Of a DNA stretch of 64,000 nt, positions 33,544-44,261 are shown piece after piece. This DNA comes from a virus, in the IMG/VR virus record IMGVR_UViG_3300042197_002234, positions 96,001-160,000 of that record, one strand, 5' to 3'. The translations under genes were made by a program, and so were the position numbers. Under the pieces are notes generated by a model. The model did no database searches. It was not told the origin of the DNA and saw only the letters and a list, made by a program, of their open reading frames with translations. Position 1 is the first letter of the stretch; every line of letters begins with the position of its first letter.

Positions 33544-34319
33544 TTGATATTAATATTGATGAACATGAAATACATAAGATTGTGTTGGATAATTTAAAAA
33601 CAAAAAAACCCTTATCAATTATTAGAATTGGTGATGGTGAGTTGTGTGCATTAGAGTATGACTATAATAAAACATTAACGGATAAATTTTACATTTCTCA
33701 CACTGGAAGAGTATACCCAAAAAATCAAATTATTGAGATATCAAATAATATTAGAACCGCAATTCAGGAGTCTGACATTATTGGGATAACACCTAGTTAT
33801 CTAATATCCCAAAGACCTGACTCTCCTTGGTCAATAACAAATAATAAAATATATGAAATACTATACCCAAATCATGGGTTAAAAAGATATTGTGATATGA
33901 ATCTACATTTTAAATTAACCCATAACAATCTATTAGATGACATTTTAAAATCGGTTAATGAATTGTATATTTTAACAAGTCGGGATGTTAAGGATAAGTT
34001 ATTAAAAAAATACCCAAACATAAAAAAAATATATTTTTATAAAATACCTGGAGAATTTAAATTTGAGGAGGAAAAAACTTTTGAAGATTTTTACCCAACA
34101 ATATACAATAGAATATATTCAGATTTTTCAAAAAACGATTATTCAGGTAAACTATTACTTTTTGGTGGTGGATTTATAGGTAAAAATTTAGGTGTAAAAT
34201 TCTCAAAAAGTGGTGGAGTGTCTATTGATTTGGGTAGTGTTTTTGATTTATTTTATGGTAAATTAACCAGAGGCGAAGGGAAAGGTTCTTATAGTTATAT
34301 AAAATCTATTTTAGAATGA
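33540..34319 (+). CDS. GT-D fold-like glycosyltransferase
   Basis: LSIIRIGDGE, LLFGGGFIGK, IDLGSVFD. Confidence 0.65.
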   Translation: MIDINIDEHEIHKIVLDNLKTKKPLSIIRIGDGELCALEYDYNKTLTDKFYISHTGRVYPKNQIIEISNNIRTAIQESDIIGITPSYLISQRPDSPWSITNNKIYEILYPNHGLKRYCDMNLHFKLTHNNLLDDILKSVNELYILTSRDVKDKLLKKYPNIKKIYFYKIPGEFKFEEEKTFEDFYPTIYNRIYSDFSKNDYSGKLLLFGGGFIGKNLGVKFSKSGGVSIDLGSVFDLFYGKLTRGEGKGSYSYIKSILE

Positions 34320-34996
34320 AAATTATAGTTTACAGTGTTAATACAGGTGGGTATGATATGTTAACTAACCCTGAAGTATATGACCCATCTGTTCGTTATA
34401 TTTTATTTACCGATAACAAGTACTTTAAATCTAATGTTTGGGAAGTAAATCATATAGATTTTATTGACCAATCATTAGATAATCGCAAAAAGGCTAGATA
34501 CGTTAAGTTAAATCCGCACCTCGTATTACCAAAACACGATGTTAGTATTTGGGTAGATAACTGTTACAAGCCAAGATTTGATAATGCTAAAAATTTATTA
34601 GAGGAAATTTCTTTTAATAATTCAATAATGTCATATAAACATGATGTTAGAAATTGTATTTACCAAGAAGCAAAAAAAGTAATACAGGACAAACTGGAAT
34701 ACCCTAATATTGTTAATGAGCAGATTTTAAGATATAAAGAAGAGGGGTTTCCTGAAAATTACGGATTATTTGACAGTGGTTTTACAATTAGAAAAAACTC
34801 AAAACAAGTTAATAAATTTAATGATTTATGGTGGAAAGAAGTATTAAATAATAGCGGTAGAGACCAATTATCGCAAGTGTATTCTTCTTGGAAGACGGGT
34901 ACACCAATTGATAAAATCCCTGTCGGTCAATCTATTTACCATAATAAATTTCTACACCCTAAAGTTAAACACCCAAGAAGATGGTTGATATCATAG
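34316..34996 (+). CDS. DUF616/TOD1-MUCI70-like glycosyltransferase
   Basis: VYSVNTGGYD, ARYVKL.PH, SIWVD, H..RNCIY.EA, RDQLS. Confidence 0.8.
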   Translation: MKIIVYSVNTGGYDMLTNPEVYDPSVRYILFTDNKYFKSNVWEVNHIDFIDQSLDNRKKARYVKLNPHLVLPKHDVSIWVDNCYKPRFDNAKNLLEEISFNNSIMSYKHDVRNCIYQEAKKVIQDKLEYPNIVNEQILRYKEEGFPENYGLFDSGFTIRKNSKQVNKFNDLWWKEVLNNSGRDQLSQVYSSWKTGTPIDKIPVGQSIYHNKFLHPKVKHPRRWLIS

Positions 34997-35565
34997 CAGT
35001 AACATACGGACAAAATGAGATTTTAAAATGTTTTATTAATTCAATAAAATCTCAAACTTCAAATAATTGGAGGCTTGTGATTATTCACGATGGGCCTAAC
35101 CAAAAATTACAAAATGAATTAAATAAAGAAAATTATTTAATAAAGGATAAGATAGAATTTATACAACATCCATTTAGAACTGAAAATTATGGTCATCTAC
35201 TGAGAAAATGGTCTCTTGATAATGTCGTAAAAAATGATTATGTATTACTCACAAACGGTGATAACTATTACACTCCTAATATGATTGAAGAGGTGTCAGA
35301 AAAGACTGAAGATTTAATTTATTTTGATGCAGTACATTCCCACCCAACAAAAGTTAATCATAACAAATCAACCTATGGATACTTTAATAGTCAACTTAAA
35401 AGGTCTCATGTTGATATGGGTAATGTGGTAATACGTAGTTCTTTAGCCCAAAAAGTAGGGTTTAACTCAATTGGTTATGCCGCAGATTGGGATTATTTTG
35501 AAGAGGTCTTGAAATTGTCACCAACTATTTGTAAAATTGATAAAGTTTTATTTGTACATAATTAA
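34981..35565 (+). CDS. Glycosyltransferase family 2-like
   Basis: IIHDGP, LTNGDNYY, ADWDYF, LFVHN. Confidence 0.8.
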   Translation: MVDIIAVTYGQNEILKCFINSIKSQTSNNWRLVIIHDGPNQKLQNELNKENYLIKDKIEFIQHPFRTENYGHLLRKWSLDNVVKNDYVLLTNGDNYYTPNMIEEVSEKTEDLIYFDAVHSHPTKVNHNKSTYGYFNSQLKRSHVDMGNVVIRSSLAQKVGFNSIGYAADWDYFEEVLKLSPTICKIDKVLFVHN

Positions 35566-35571
35566 TATAAA

Positions 35572-36063
35572 ATGGAAAAGGTATTAGTTTTAAATTCCGA
35601 TTACACTCCAATAAACGTAACAACTGTTGTACGCGGTTTTGTTTTGGTAAGTAAGGGTAAAGCGGAGATATTAAAGTCTTCAGAAAACCCTATTGTAACT
35701 GGTTATCAAACATATATTAGACCTGTAATAATTAGATTGTTAACATATGTTAGATATAGGGTTAGAAATCTAAAAATTAATAGAAATCGTATTTTTAAAA
35801 GGGATTTGAATCAGTGTGTATACTGTGGTTCAAGAAAAAGTTTAACTATTGACCACGTGTTACCAAAGTCGAGAGGTGGTGATAACTCATGGACCAATTT
35901 AGTAACTTGTTGTTCGCCATGTAATAGAAAAAAAGGTGATAAGACACCTGAAGAGGCTAATATGAAACTTACTCGCAGACCTTACGAACCTACTTTATTC
36001 TCCGAAATTATAAATCCAAGTATTTCAGATGTTTGGATTGATTTTCAAAAGGATTATGTATAA
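35572..36063 (+). CDS. HNH endonuclease (McrA/HNH_5-like)
   Basis: RD..QCVYCG..LTIDHVLPKSRGG...W.NLVTCC..CN..K. Confidence 0.9.
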   Translation: MEKVLVLNSDYTPINVTTVVRGFVLVSKGKAEILKSSENPIVTGYQTYIRPVIIRLLTYVRYRVRNLKINRNRIFKRDLNQCVYCGSRKSLTIDHVLPKSRGGDNSWTNLVTCCSPCNRKKGDKTPEEANMKLTRRPYEPTLFSEIINPSISDVWIDFQKDYV

Positions 36064-36162
36064 AATAAAAGAGTATCTTTCGATACTCTTTTATTAGATG
36101 TGAACTACCCCCTTTCTTTTAGATGGTTTATACACTTTCAGATTTTACTCTGATAGTCTCTT

Positions 36163-37944
36163 TTAGGATAAAGCCTTTTCTTTCATTGTTTCACCCGCTA
36201 AATCCATTTTATCTTTAATTTTTGATATACTAGGACAAACTAAGTCAGCAATAGCCCCTTCAATTTTTTGACCAAAGCTTGAGTCTGTAAACATATCAAC
36301 CAAAGAATTTCTAATTATATCATATAAATATCCTTCCATTCCTTGTTCTTTTTGTATTTTTCTTGCGATACCTTCACCAACACCTTTGGATATTGCGTTA
36401 CTTAGATATTCACAATTAAATATTTTACCATTTGCGTAATCTCCGATTGGTATGTCACCTATTGTTGCGATAAAAATGTTTGCTAAGTAACCTTCAGTAC
36501 CAATACCTAACTTTTCAAGTATTAATTGTACAAATCTTTCTTTAATTGTATCAAAAATTCCACCAGGTACTTGACCAAAAAAACTTTTTATAATATCTAA
36601 AAATTGTTCATTTATTAAAATATCATTGAAACCTTGAGACTTTAAGTAAAACATTTCACTAAGTAAGTCGTCAACAAATTTTTCTTTTTGTTTTTTTGTT
36701 TTAGGTTTCCCTGATTCAGAAATTATTTTAAATCTGGTATTTATTATCTTATACTCTTCTACCAAACTTTTTTTTTTAGACTCAGAAAGTTCGTTAAGGT
36801 TTTCTCTGATTATCTTTTTAAGGATTGAATCTCTGTTTTCAAATACAGTGGTTTTTTGTTGACCACTACCACTACCAATTCTAAAGTCAATTGATTGTCC
36901 GTATTCATTTTTTCTAATACCTAAATTGTTAATATCTGTTTTAATGTCTTCCCATTTCTTACTACCAAAAATGTTACCAATATCTTGTGTATACGATGCA
37001 CATTTATTAACACCAGGTTTTATTCTAAGTAATGTGTAATAATTTATTGGGTAGTTACCGTAAGCAAAATCGTAATATTGTTTAAATAATTGTCTACATG
37101 CAGTTCTAAACTCTTTACTTTTAACTTCACTACTAGTGACTGTCTTAACATTAGTAATCATATTAGCCGCTAATGTTCTGAAGTTATCACCAACAGATTT
37201 ACAGTACATAGTATTACCAATAGTTACACTTAAAATACTAGTACCTCCCTTCTTAACAAAATCTATTTGTTGACCAGTACATGCCGAATATCCTAAACCA
37301 CCTTCTTCTTCAGGGGTAGTATAGTTACCTATTTCCGACTTCATTTCTGAAGACCTAGATGTTTGTTTACAAACCCAAATAAATGTGTCAGTATTTGTAG
37401 GTATTAATGATTTAATATCGGTTCTGTCTGAAAGTTGTTTAGTAGCAGTAATAAAATCTGATAATTTTGTTAAAGTACAAACACCGTTAACTTTATCAGT
37501 GTTTTTAACATTTTCATCGCCATAAGTGAAAATTTGTAAGTCAGGATTTGCATCTCTAACTGAATTTACAAAATTTATAAGTTCTGGATTCATGGAATCT
37601 TCTTGCAATTTTCTTAATTTAGCACAAGTCCATATACGGGTAGTGGGGTTTTTAGTTTTAAGTTCGTTATCACTATAATATTCTAACACACCATTGTCTT
37701 GCCCTTGTACTGGTGCTCGTAACACCGCGTTTGGGAACCCAGGGACTTTTGTGGAATTTTTCTTAAGCCACACTTCCTCACCATTAAGATTATATACGTC
37801 ACCATCCGCTGGAAAACAACCAGCTTGATAAGCCATTTTTAATTGTTGATTCATCATTTTAACCGCGGTTACATCACTAGCACCGCCTCTGACACCCTGT
37901 TCAGTTAAAACTTTTTTTACTAATTTGTTTATATTTGTTTTCAT
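36163..37944 (-). CDS. Large hypothetical protein, probably virion-associated
   Basis: 593 aa; VLTEQ, IISES, LINEQ motifs. Confidence 0.7.
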   Translation of the reverse strand: MKTNINKLVKKVLTEQGVRGGASDVTAVKMMNQQLKMAYQAGCFPADGDVYNLNGEEVWLKKNSTKVPGFPNAVLRAPVQGQDNGVLEYYSDNELKTKNPTTRIWTCAKLRKLQEDSMNPELINFVNSVRDANPDLQIFTYGDENVKNTDKVNGVCTLTKLSDFITATKQLSDRTDIKSLIPTNTDTFIWVCKQTSRSSEMKSEIGNYTTPEEEGGLGYSACTGQQIDFVKKGGTSILSVTIGNTMYCKSVGDNFRTLAANMITNVKTVTSSEVKSKEFRTACRQLFKQYYDFAYGNYPINYYTLLRIKPGVNKCASYTQDIGNIFGSKKWEDIKTDINNLGIRKNEYGQSIDFRIGSGSGQQKTTVFENRDSILKKIIRENLNELSESKKKSLVEEYKIINTRFKIISESGKPKTKKQKEKFVDDLLSEMFYLKSQGFNDILINEQFLDIIKSFFGQVPGGIFDTIKERFVQLILEKLGIGTEGYLANIFIATIGDIPIGDYANGKIFNCEYLSNAISKGVGEGIARKIQKEQGMEGYLYDIIRNSLVDMFTDSSFGQKIEGAIADLVCPSISKIKDKMDLAGETMKEKALS

Positions 37945-37974
37945 TTTGAAATTTATTTTTTTGATTTAAATTTA

Positions 37975-38847
37975 TTACACATCGGTACCTGTTATAATAT
38001 TATCTTCAACACTACCTCCGTCAACGTCAACTTGAGTTTTACGACAATTTTTAATAATTTTATCGTAAACTTCTTGAGTGATTGTTGTTGGATACCCTTT
38101 TTCTTTTAATTTAGTTTCAGTTTCAGGACCGTAATACCCATCAGGTTCTGCTCCAATACATTCTTGAATCTCTTTAAGTTTAGGGTTCTTACAATATTTA
38201 GTGAATGGTAAATCAGGACAACCCCTATATTTTCCATCTTCAGGAACTGGTGGTGGAACTGGTTCTTCTTCATCTTCTTCAGGTGGTGTTTCGCCAGGAT
38301 AAAAATATGCGAAAATAGCCGCTAAAATTCCTGCTGCCGCGTATTTTTTCCAATGCTTACCAAAGTGTTTTTTAATCGCCTCCCAAGTACCACTTTTTGT
38401 TGGTTGTTTAGTTATTTCTTTAGCGTATTTTTCGGCTAATTCTTTGGAAGTTTTATTTATAGATTGTTTAATTTCTTCCGTCATAGTTCTTCTAATTTCT
38501 TGTTCTAACGTTAACTTTTCAGCGTTAGTTAAAGTTCTTCCACCTTGTTTTTCAATCTGTTGTAAAACTTTCTCAACGGTTTGTTTTTCTATATTTTTAG
38601 CCCCTTGAGCACCAGCTCTATAACTAGTTGCGGTACCTTTTTTAATTTCCTGTATTGCTAATTCTTTAGCCTCACTTTTCATAAACGCTTCGATTTCCTT
38701 TTCAATAGACTCCAAACCCATTCGTTTTAATGCAGCAAATTGTTCAGATAATACACTGTGGGTAACATCTTCATTAATAGCGGTAATTGGTTTAAGGGAC
38801 ACCAATTCTCTAAATCTATTAATTTCTTCTAAAACTTCTTTTCTCAT
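37975..38847 (-). CDS. Virion-type protein with a TM segment and a C-terminal peptidoglycan-binding-like domain
   Basis: LKEIQECIGAEPDGYYGPET; N-terminal LEEINRF/LSEQ. Confidence 0.65.
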   Translation of the reverse strand: MRKEVLEEINRFRELVSLKPITAINEDVTHSVLSEQFAALKRMGLESIEKEIEAFMKSEAKELAIQEIKKGTATSYRAGAQGAKNIEKQTVEKVLQQIEKQGGRTLTNAEKLTLEQEIRRTMTEEIKQSINKTSKELAEKYAKEITKQPTKSGTWEAIKKHFGKHWKKYAAAGILAAIFAYFYPGETPPEEDEEEPVPPPVPEDGKYRGCPDLPFTKYCKNPKLKEIQECIGAEPDGYYGPETETKLKEKGYPTTITQEVYDKIIKNCRKTQVDVDGGSVEDNIITGTDV

Positions 38848-38867
38848 TTTATTTTTATTTTTTTATT

Positions 38868-40601
38868 TTAAACTTTTGTTTGTTTATTACTTATTGGTGA
38901 TAATACTTTTTCAGCACCTTTAGATAATGTTTTCATTACATTACCAATTGTATTACTAAATGCTGATTTAACTGAATGTGGTATATACTTTGTAACCAAA
39001 CCTCTATCATCCATTTCAACATTGGTGTATAATGCCAATTCATAATTGTTGATTTCACCATCAACTTTTTCAATAACACCTTTATATTGAGGATTTTTAC
39101 TAATACACCCTTCAAATGTTTTTACAGCGGTTTCGGTATTTTTGGTAAATTTATTACCATCATTTTTTAATGAATTTACAATATTGTCATCTATTTTACA
39201 ATCAGGCCACATAGTATTATGGTATTCTGAAAAATATTGGTTAACACCCGCAATATCATTACCTGAATCTCCAACTTTGAGGTTTCTTTCTTTAAAAAAC
39301 CAAGCTATTGCTAATCCACTTCCAACCGCAACTACACCTTTCTTAGAAAATAATTGTTTAATAAATGTTTCAACACCTGAAATAACTTTATTCAAACCGT
39401 TAAATACAGTTTGAATTACTTTATTAATACCTGGCATTTTTTCAGCCAAATAAGCTCCAACACGGCTTAAACCATTTTTCAACCCTGGTAATTTTTCAAT
39501 CAAACCTTGTAATAATTTACCTGTCGCTGAAGTTGTAGTAACTTTACCCGCAGTTTTTAATGCTGCTTTAGTTGATTGTCCCGCTGCCGCAGCGAATAAC
39601 CACGCGATTAAATCAATTATTAAAAACATATATGGGTTCGCATTACGTTCAGGGTCTTTAGGGTCTGACTCTCCACTTACTATTTCATACAAATCAAGTA
39701 TCACTATTAAACCCCATATCGCTTTATTAATTCCTGTTGTAATAGGAAGTAATGCGGTTGCAACGTCAACAACAATACCTATTGTCGTATAAGCGTTTCT
39801 TCTAATCCATCTTAACAAAGGAATGACACCTTTTTTAAGAATCGGCAATATAATTTTTTTAGCCGCAGCACTTAATCCTGACAACACTATACCACCAACT
39901 TTAGCACCTGCATCGACAACTTTACCTGTTGCTCGTAAGAATTTATTTGATTTATAACCTGAAGATAAAGTAGCGTCAAGAGTTTTTAAATGGTCGTAAA
40001 TGGCTTTATATTCCCAATCAATATCAGACATCTCATCGTTAATATACGCTTTGATATCCATGTTTTTTTTCTTTTTTAGTTGTTGATTAACTTTATCTAA
40101 TAATTCTTTATTATTGATTCTTTTAATTTGTTTTAACGCTTCTTCTTCATCGTCGTTGAATGTTTTTGATAAAGCATCAACTAATTTTGTTGTGATATCT
40201 AAAGCGGTTGCGTCAACATTTTGTTCTGAAATCAAAGTTCTTAATCCATCAAATGACTCACTAACAATTTGTTTAGCGGTTTTAGTATTAATAGATTCAG
40301 TTATTATTGTTTTTTTACCGAAATTTTCTTCCCATTCTTTAACCAATCTCAATGATTGTTGTGGTGAAAATATTTCAGAAATAATTGTTAAAATTTTTCT
40401 TGGCTTTGATAGATATTCTTTTAAAGTTATCTCACCTGAATTAAATTCAAAATCGTTATTATCTTTAGCGATTTGAACTAAATATGGTAACATACTTTCA
40501 TTGTATGGTACATAAAAACCTTCATTTTCACAAACATAAAAACCTTTGTTTGTAAAAACATATTTTTCATCTTTTGATACCCCTAATAGCTCTGTATTCA
40601 T
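38868..40601 (-). CDS. Virion-type membrane protein with a PG-binding-like segment
   Basis: Several hydrophobic helices; LKVGDSGND..DGNKFTKNT..AVK. Confidence 0.6.
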   Translation of the reverse strand: MNTELLGVSKDEKYVFTNKGFYVCENEGFYVPYNESMLPYLVQIAKDNNDFEFNSGEITLKEYLSKPRKILTIISEIFSPQQSLRLVKEWEENFGKKTIITESINTKTAKQIVSESFDGLRTLISEQNVDATALDITTKLVDALSKTFNDDEEEALKQIKRINNKELLDKVNQQLKKKKNMDIKAYINDEMSDIDWEYKAIYDHLKTLDATLSSGYKSNKFLRATGKVVDAGAKVGGIVLSGLSAAAKKIILPILKKGVIPLLRWIRRNAYTTIGIVVDVATALLPITTGINKAIWGLIVILDLYEIVSGESDPKDPERNANPYMFLIIDLIAWLFAAAAGQSTKAALKTAGKVTTTSATGKLLQGLIEKLPGLKNGLSRVGAYLAEKMPGINKVIQTVFNGLNKVISGVETFIKQLFSKKGVVAVGSGLAIAWFFKERNLKVGDSGNDIAGVNQYFSEYHNTMWPDCKIDDNIVNSLKNDGNKFTKNTETAVKTFEGCISKNPQYKGVIEKVDGEINNYELALYTNVEMDDRGLVTKYIPHSVKSAFSNTIGNVMKTLSKGAEKVLSPISNKQTKV

Positions 40602-40633
40602 ATTAAATGACGATTATCTATAAATATATCGAT

Positions 40634-40873
40634 TTACAATAAAGTATTTGCCTTTCCTCTTGTTAACCCAGAAGTCCATACTTTTTGTTCAGGATTATGA
40701 GTTGGTCCAAATTTTCTACCACTAGACCACTTAGTTACAGTCGGGTAAGCTGGTTTAGAACCACCACCTGAAGAAGGTGCTGCAGCAGCATCTTGTTCAT
40801 CAATCTCACCATTATTTTCTTTTGTGGTGAACTTTTTCATTAAATAGATAATTTGGTCAACATCACTCTTCAT
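40634..40873 (-). CDS. Small hypothetical protein
   Basis: 79 aa, TATTTAT at 40878-40884. Confidence 0.65.
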   Translation of the reverse strand: MKSDVDQIIYLMKKFTTKENNGEIDEQDAAAAPSSGGGSKPAYPTVTKWSSGRKFGPTHNPEQKVWTSGLTRGKANTLL

Positions 40874-40925
40874 ACCAATAAATAGTTTGATAATAAAAAA
40901 CCCACTGTGATGTGGGTTTATTTCT

Positions 40926-41258
40926 TTAAAAAAAATCTGATTTAGGCAATTTGTCAGGATATATCAGATAATACTCATTCAAAAATGATTTGATTTCATC
41001 TTCTTCATTTCCTTTTTCCAACTCATCGTCAAAAAAATTACCAAATAAATCATCAATATCGTCGTCCTCCTCGTTATACATTTCAATTAATGTATTTTCG
41101 GTAAAATTATCAAAATCATACCCAAAAGATTCTACCTCATCTAACTGTACTTGGTCTGTTCTTATTTCATCATCACCATCGGTAGTTAATCTAAAGGTAA
41201 CGTCCAATGTTTTTGACGATTCATTAATGTAATACGAAACTAATTCTTTAATTTCCAT
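40926..41258 (-). CDS. Acidic hypothetical protein
   Basis: 110 aa ORF. Confidence 0.7.
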   Translation of the reverse strand: MEIKELVSYYINESSKTLDVTFRLTTDGDDEIRTDQVQLDEVESFGYDFDNFTENTLIEMYNEEDDDIDDLFGNFFDDELEKGNEEDEIKSFLNEYYLIYPDKLPKSDFF

Positions 41259-41322
41259 GTTATTTTTGTTTAATTTTGTTTATAACAAAGAAATATCGCA
41301 AATTTATTAAAAAGACAAAAAA

Positions 41323-41880
41323 TTAATTATATTTTTTAAATCTATTAAACATATCCAATGACTCTTGTATGTTAAATGCGATTTCACCCTTTTCATCATC
41401 TTCAAAATCATCACCAAACATATTATTTTCCCACTCACCTTCAACATCCTCATCATTAAAAAACATACCTCTCATTGTTTCAAAATCATCGTTTTCAACT
41501 TCAGGTTCTATTAAAAACATTGTTTCACTTTCAGTATCATCAACGTCAACGGTTCCATTTGGTAAATCATATGGGCCGTCACCAATCATATCAAGTCTTT
41601 CACCTAAAGTAACATATTCTTCATCTTCAAAAGTTTCTTCTGGTTCAAAGCCATGTGAACCTGAATAAACATCTTCATTAATGTTCATGTTTCTGTATGT
41701 CATAACATCACCTTTGTTACTTACAGTTATACCACCTTTATCATTGGCGAAATCTTGGGTATATAATGGACTCATATTTGATGAGACGTTATTGGTCGCA
41801 AAACCATTATAAAGTTCTTTGTGTTGGTCAAGGATATTATTTCTTTCCTCTTTTGACATTTTGAAAAAATAAGCGTTCAT
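41323..41880 (-). CDS. Acidic hypothetical protein
   Basis: 185 aa; ends IQESLDMFNRFKKYN. Confidence 0.7.
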   Translation of the reverse strand: MNAYFFKMSKEERNNILDQHKELYNGFATNNVSSNMSPLYTQDFANDKGGITVSNKGDVMTYRNMNINEDVYSGSHGFEPEETFEDEEYVTLGERLDMIGDGPYDLPNGTVDVDDTESETMFLIEPEVENDDFETMRGMFFNDEDVEGEWENNMFGDDFEDDEKGEIAFNIQESLDMFNRFKKYN

Positions 41881-41939
41881 AGTTTTCTTTTACTAATAAA
41901 TATATTGATTGATGAGAATATTTTATCTATGATTATAGT

Positions 41940-42233
41940 ATGTTTAAAGTAGATATAAACGAGTATGCTGAAGGTGCTATTTTATTAGATGGTCTTGAGT
42001 CTGCAATAATTGGTGTTGTTGAAGAATTTGGAAATGGTCGTAGAATTTTATATTCTAAAGCTAAGATTTTAAAAATTCTTGAGGAGAGAGATTTAATGAC
42101 ACAAGGTGAGGCTGAAGAGTTTTTTGACTATAATATATTGGGTCTTTATGCTGGAGAACAGAATGCCGTGTTTTTAGATTTGGAAATTGAACCTGTTGAA
42201 AACGGTGGTAATTGGGAATATATGTTAAAATAA
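41940..42233 (+). CDS. Hypothetical protein
   Basis: LDGLESAIIG..AEEFFDYN..G.Y.G, a pattern common in phage proteins. Confidence 0.7.
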   Translation: MFKVDINEYAEGAILLDGLESAIIGVVEEFGNGRRILYSKAKILKILEERDLMTQGEAEEFFDYNILGLYAGEQNAVFLDLEIEPVENGGNWEYMLK

Positions 42234-42830
42234 CAACATATAATTTTCAAGAACCATTTGTGAATAACGATGTAAGTATCTATTAATTTGGTCTAAGTCA
42301 GGTTCAATATTTTTAGATTCTAAAGCTTTAATAGTACCATTAATCATTTCAGCTTGAGCTTGGTCAGCCATTTCAATTACTTTATCAAAGGCCTCTTCGT
42401 CGTGAATTGGTCGGTATTTGAATTCGTGTTTTATTCTTTCTGAACCCATGTATAAATACGGTGCGGCGCCAAACATATTTGTAATACCTGACTCTCTAAC
42501 AGCAATTAAATATTCTTTTAAAAACTTCCTATTAAAGAATTTAAATATATCCATATTCTTTACTAGTTTTTTAAATTTTTCAATTTCACCTTGGTTTTCA
42601 CCTAACTTAACTTTTTTTCTTTTTTCAAAACTATCAACTAAATCCCACTTATCAATTCCATCAATTAACGCTAATTTACTTCCGTTATCCCACTCCACAT
42701 AATACTGAGTATCCCCAAATATAGTGATTTTCTTAATAACAGTACCTTTAGTTCCAATTGGAACAGGTGTATTGTCTTCCATGTGAAATAATATAATTCT
42801 ATCACCTTCTTTTAATTCAGGATTTATCAT
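42225..42830 (-). CDS. DUF4314-like plus DUF5049-like fusion protein
   Basis: GDRI....M.D..PVP.GTKGTV..V.WDNGS.LAL..G.D; AVRESGITNMF. Confidence 0.6.
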   Translation of the reverse strand: MINPELKEGDRIILFHMEDNTPVPIGTKGTVIKKITIFGDTQYYVEWDNGSKLALIDGIDKWDLVDSFEKRKKVKLGENQGEIEKFKKLVKNMDIFKFFNRKFLKEYLIAVRESGITNMFGAAPYLYMGSERIKHEFKYRPIHDEEAFDKVIEMADQAQAEMINGTIKALESKNIEPDLDQINRYLHRYSQMVLENYMLLF

Positions 42831-42877
42831 CTGTCGTAATATTTATTAAATAAATATAATCAAAGTATTTATTGTAT

Positions 42878-43516
42878 ATGAGTAAAACCTTGTTAATTAA
42901 TGAATCCCAAAAAAAATTGATTCTTTTAGAATCGGCTAATGACGAGTTTGGTGATATTATAAAAAAGAATTATGACTTTGTTAAGAAGGTTATTAAACTG
43001 TCTTCAGAACAAATGAGTCTTAATTTGGAATTTTTATTAACTTGGGGTGCAACTATTGGTGGTTTTGTCGGTCCTTTAAATGATTTTATTGTTGGTAAAT
43101 TTCCTGAAGTTTCGGATGTTGAGTTAAGTCTTATAATCACGGGAATAATTGCGGTTTATTATGTTGACAATAAAGAAACAGTTAAAAAAATAATTGAACA
43201 TATAAAAGAAAAAGGTGTTTTTAACATTTTTACCTCAGCATTTAATAAAAGTAAGGAATTAAAAAGTACTTTTTTAAATTTTATGAGTAGTTTAAATTTG
43301 ACTCTGCATAAAGTAACAAATATTATGTCATATGCGTTTATAATTCCACTTATACCTATGATTTATGAATCAGTTTCAAGTGGGATTATGACACCTGAGG
43401 ATGGTAAAGAAATTGCTCTTAGATTAGGGTTATTTGGTTTATTAACCGTATCAGGTATTGCTCTAAGAGAGTTTATAATTAAATTAATTAAGAGATTTAG
43501 AGGTCCCCATCAATAA
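42878..43516 (+). CDS. Membrane protein
   Basis: Several hydrophobic helices; N-terminal LLINESQ. Confidence 0.65.
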   Translation: MSKTLLINESQKKLILLESANDEFGDIIKKNYDFVKKVIKLSSEQMSLNLEFLLTWGATIGGFVGPLNDFIVGKFPEVSDVELSLIITGIIAVYYVDNKETVKKIIEHIKEKGVFNIFTSAFNKSKELKSTFLNFMSSLNLTLHKVTNIMSYAFIIPLIPMIYESVSSGIMTPEDGKEIALRLGLFGLLTVSGIALREFIIKLIKRFRGPHQ

Positions 43517-44261
43517 AATCAGATAGTTTATTTCTAAACATTTCAATCGATTCATAACTTAATGGGTAATTATCCGATTTATTACCCAAAATTATTGTTG
43601 GGTAGAACTGTACCGCGGTATATATGTCATCACAATTATATATGTCTTGTTCATTATTAAGTAGTTGCCAACAATCATCAGCAATAATGTCCCTATAGTT
43701 ATCTAATATTTGATAACTTACACCAGCAATCGATTCTAAAAGTACTTCATTATCAGTAATTAATGGTTCACCATTCAAAGTAATTTTATAAATATTTAAA
43801 TCAAAATAGAACCAAAAAGTGTTGTCATTATGTTCAACACCATCATGTTTAAATTTAGAATAAAACTTTACAGTAATTCTTTCACCTTTATGGTATGTGT
43901 TTAACGCGAATAGTTTTATGGTGTCATTAGTAAAATCAGTCATTTCTTTTGACATTTTTTTAGATATTGAATAATCACCTAAACTAACCTGTTCCCCATT
44001 TAAATAAACTAAATCAATTTGATACTCAACATCATCTAACCCAATTAGTTTTGAACCATAATTAATTATTTCATTAATTTGGCAGGTAAACGCGTCAATA
44101 ATATACGACGAATAATTTTCAGTTGGGATTATATTGATATTAATTAATAAAAAATCATCATCAAGAACTTGAATATCTAAAAATTCAATTAGATATTTTT
44201 TATCTTTATGTTTCTTTTTTTTAAGATAATTGATTAATGCTTTTATTTTGGCGTTGCTCAT
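43497..44261 (-). CDS. Hypothetical protein
   Basis: 254 aa ORF. Confidence 0.65.
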   Translation of the reverse strand: MSNAKIKALINYLKKKKHKDKKYLIEFLDIQVLDDDFLLININIIPTENYSSYIIDAFTCQINEIINYGSKLIGLDDVEYQIDLVYLNGEQVSLGDYSISKKMSKEMTDFTNDTIKLFALNTYHKGERITVKFYSKFKHDGVEHNDNTFWFYFDLNIYKITLNGEPLITDNEVLLESIAGVSYQILDNYRDIIADDCWQLLNNEQDIYNCDDIYTAVQFYPTIILGNKSDNYPLSYESIEMFRNKLSDFIDGDL

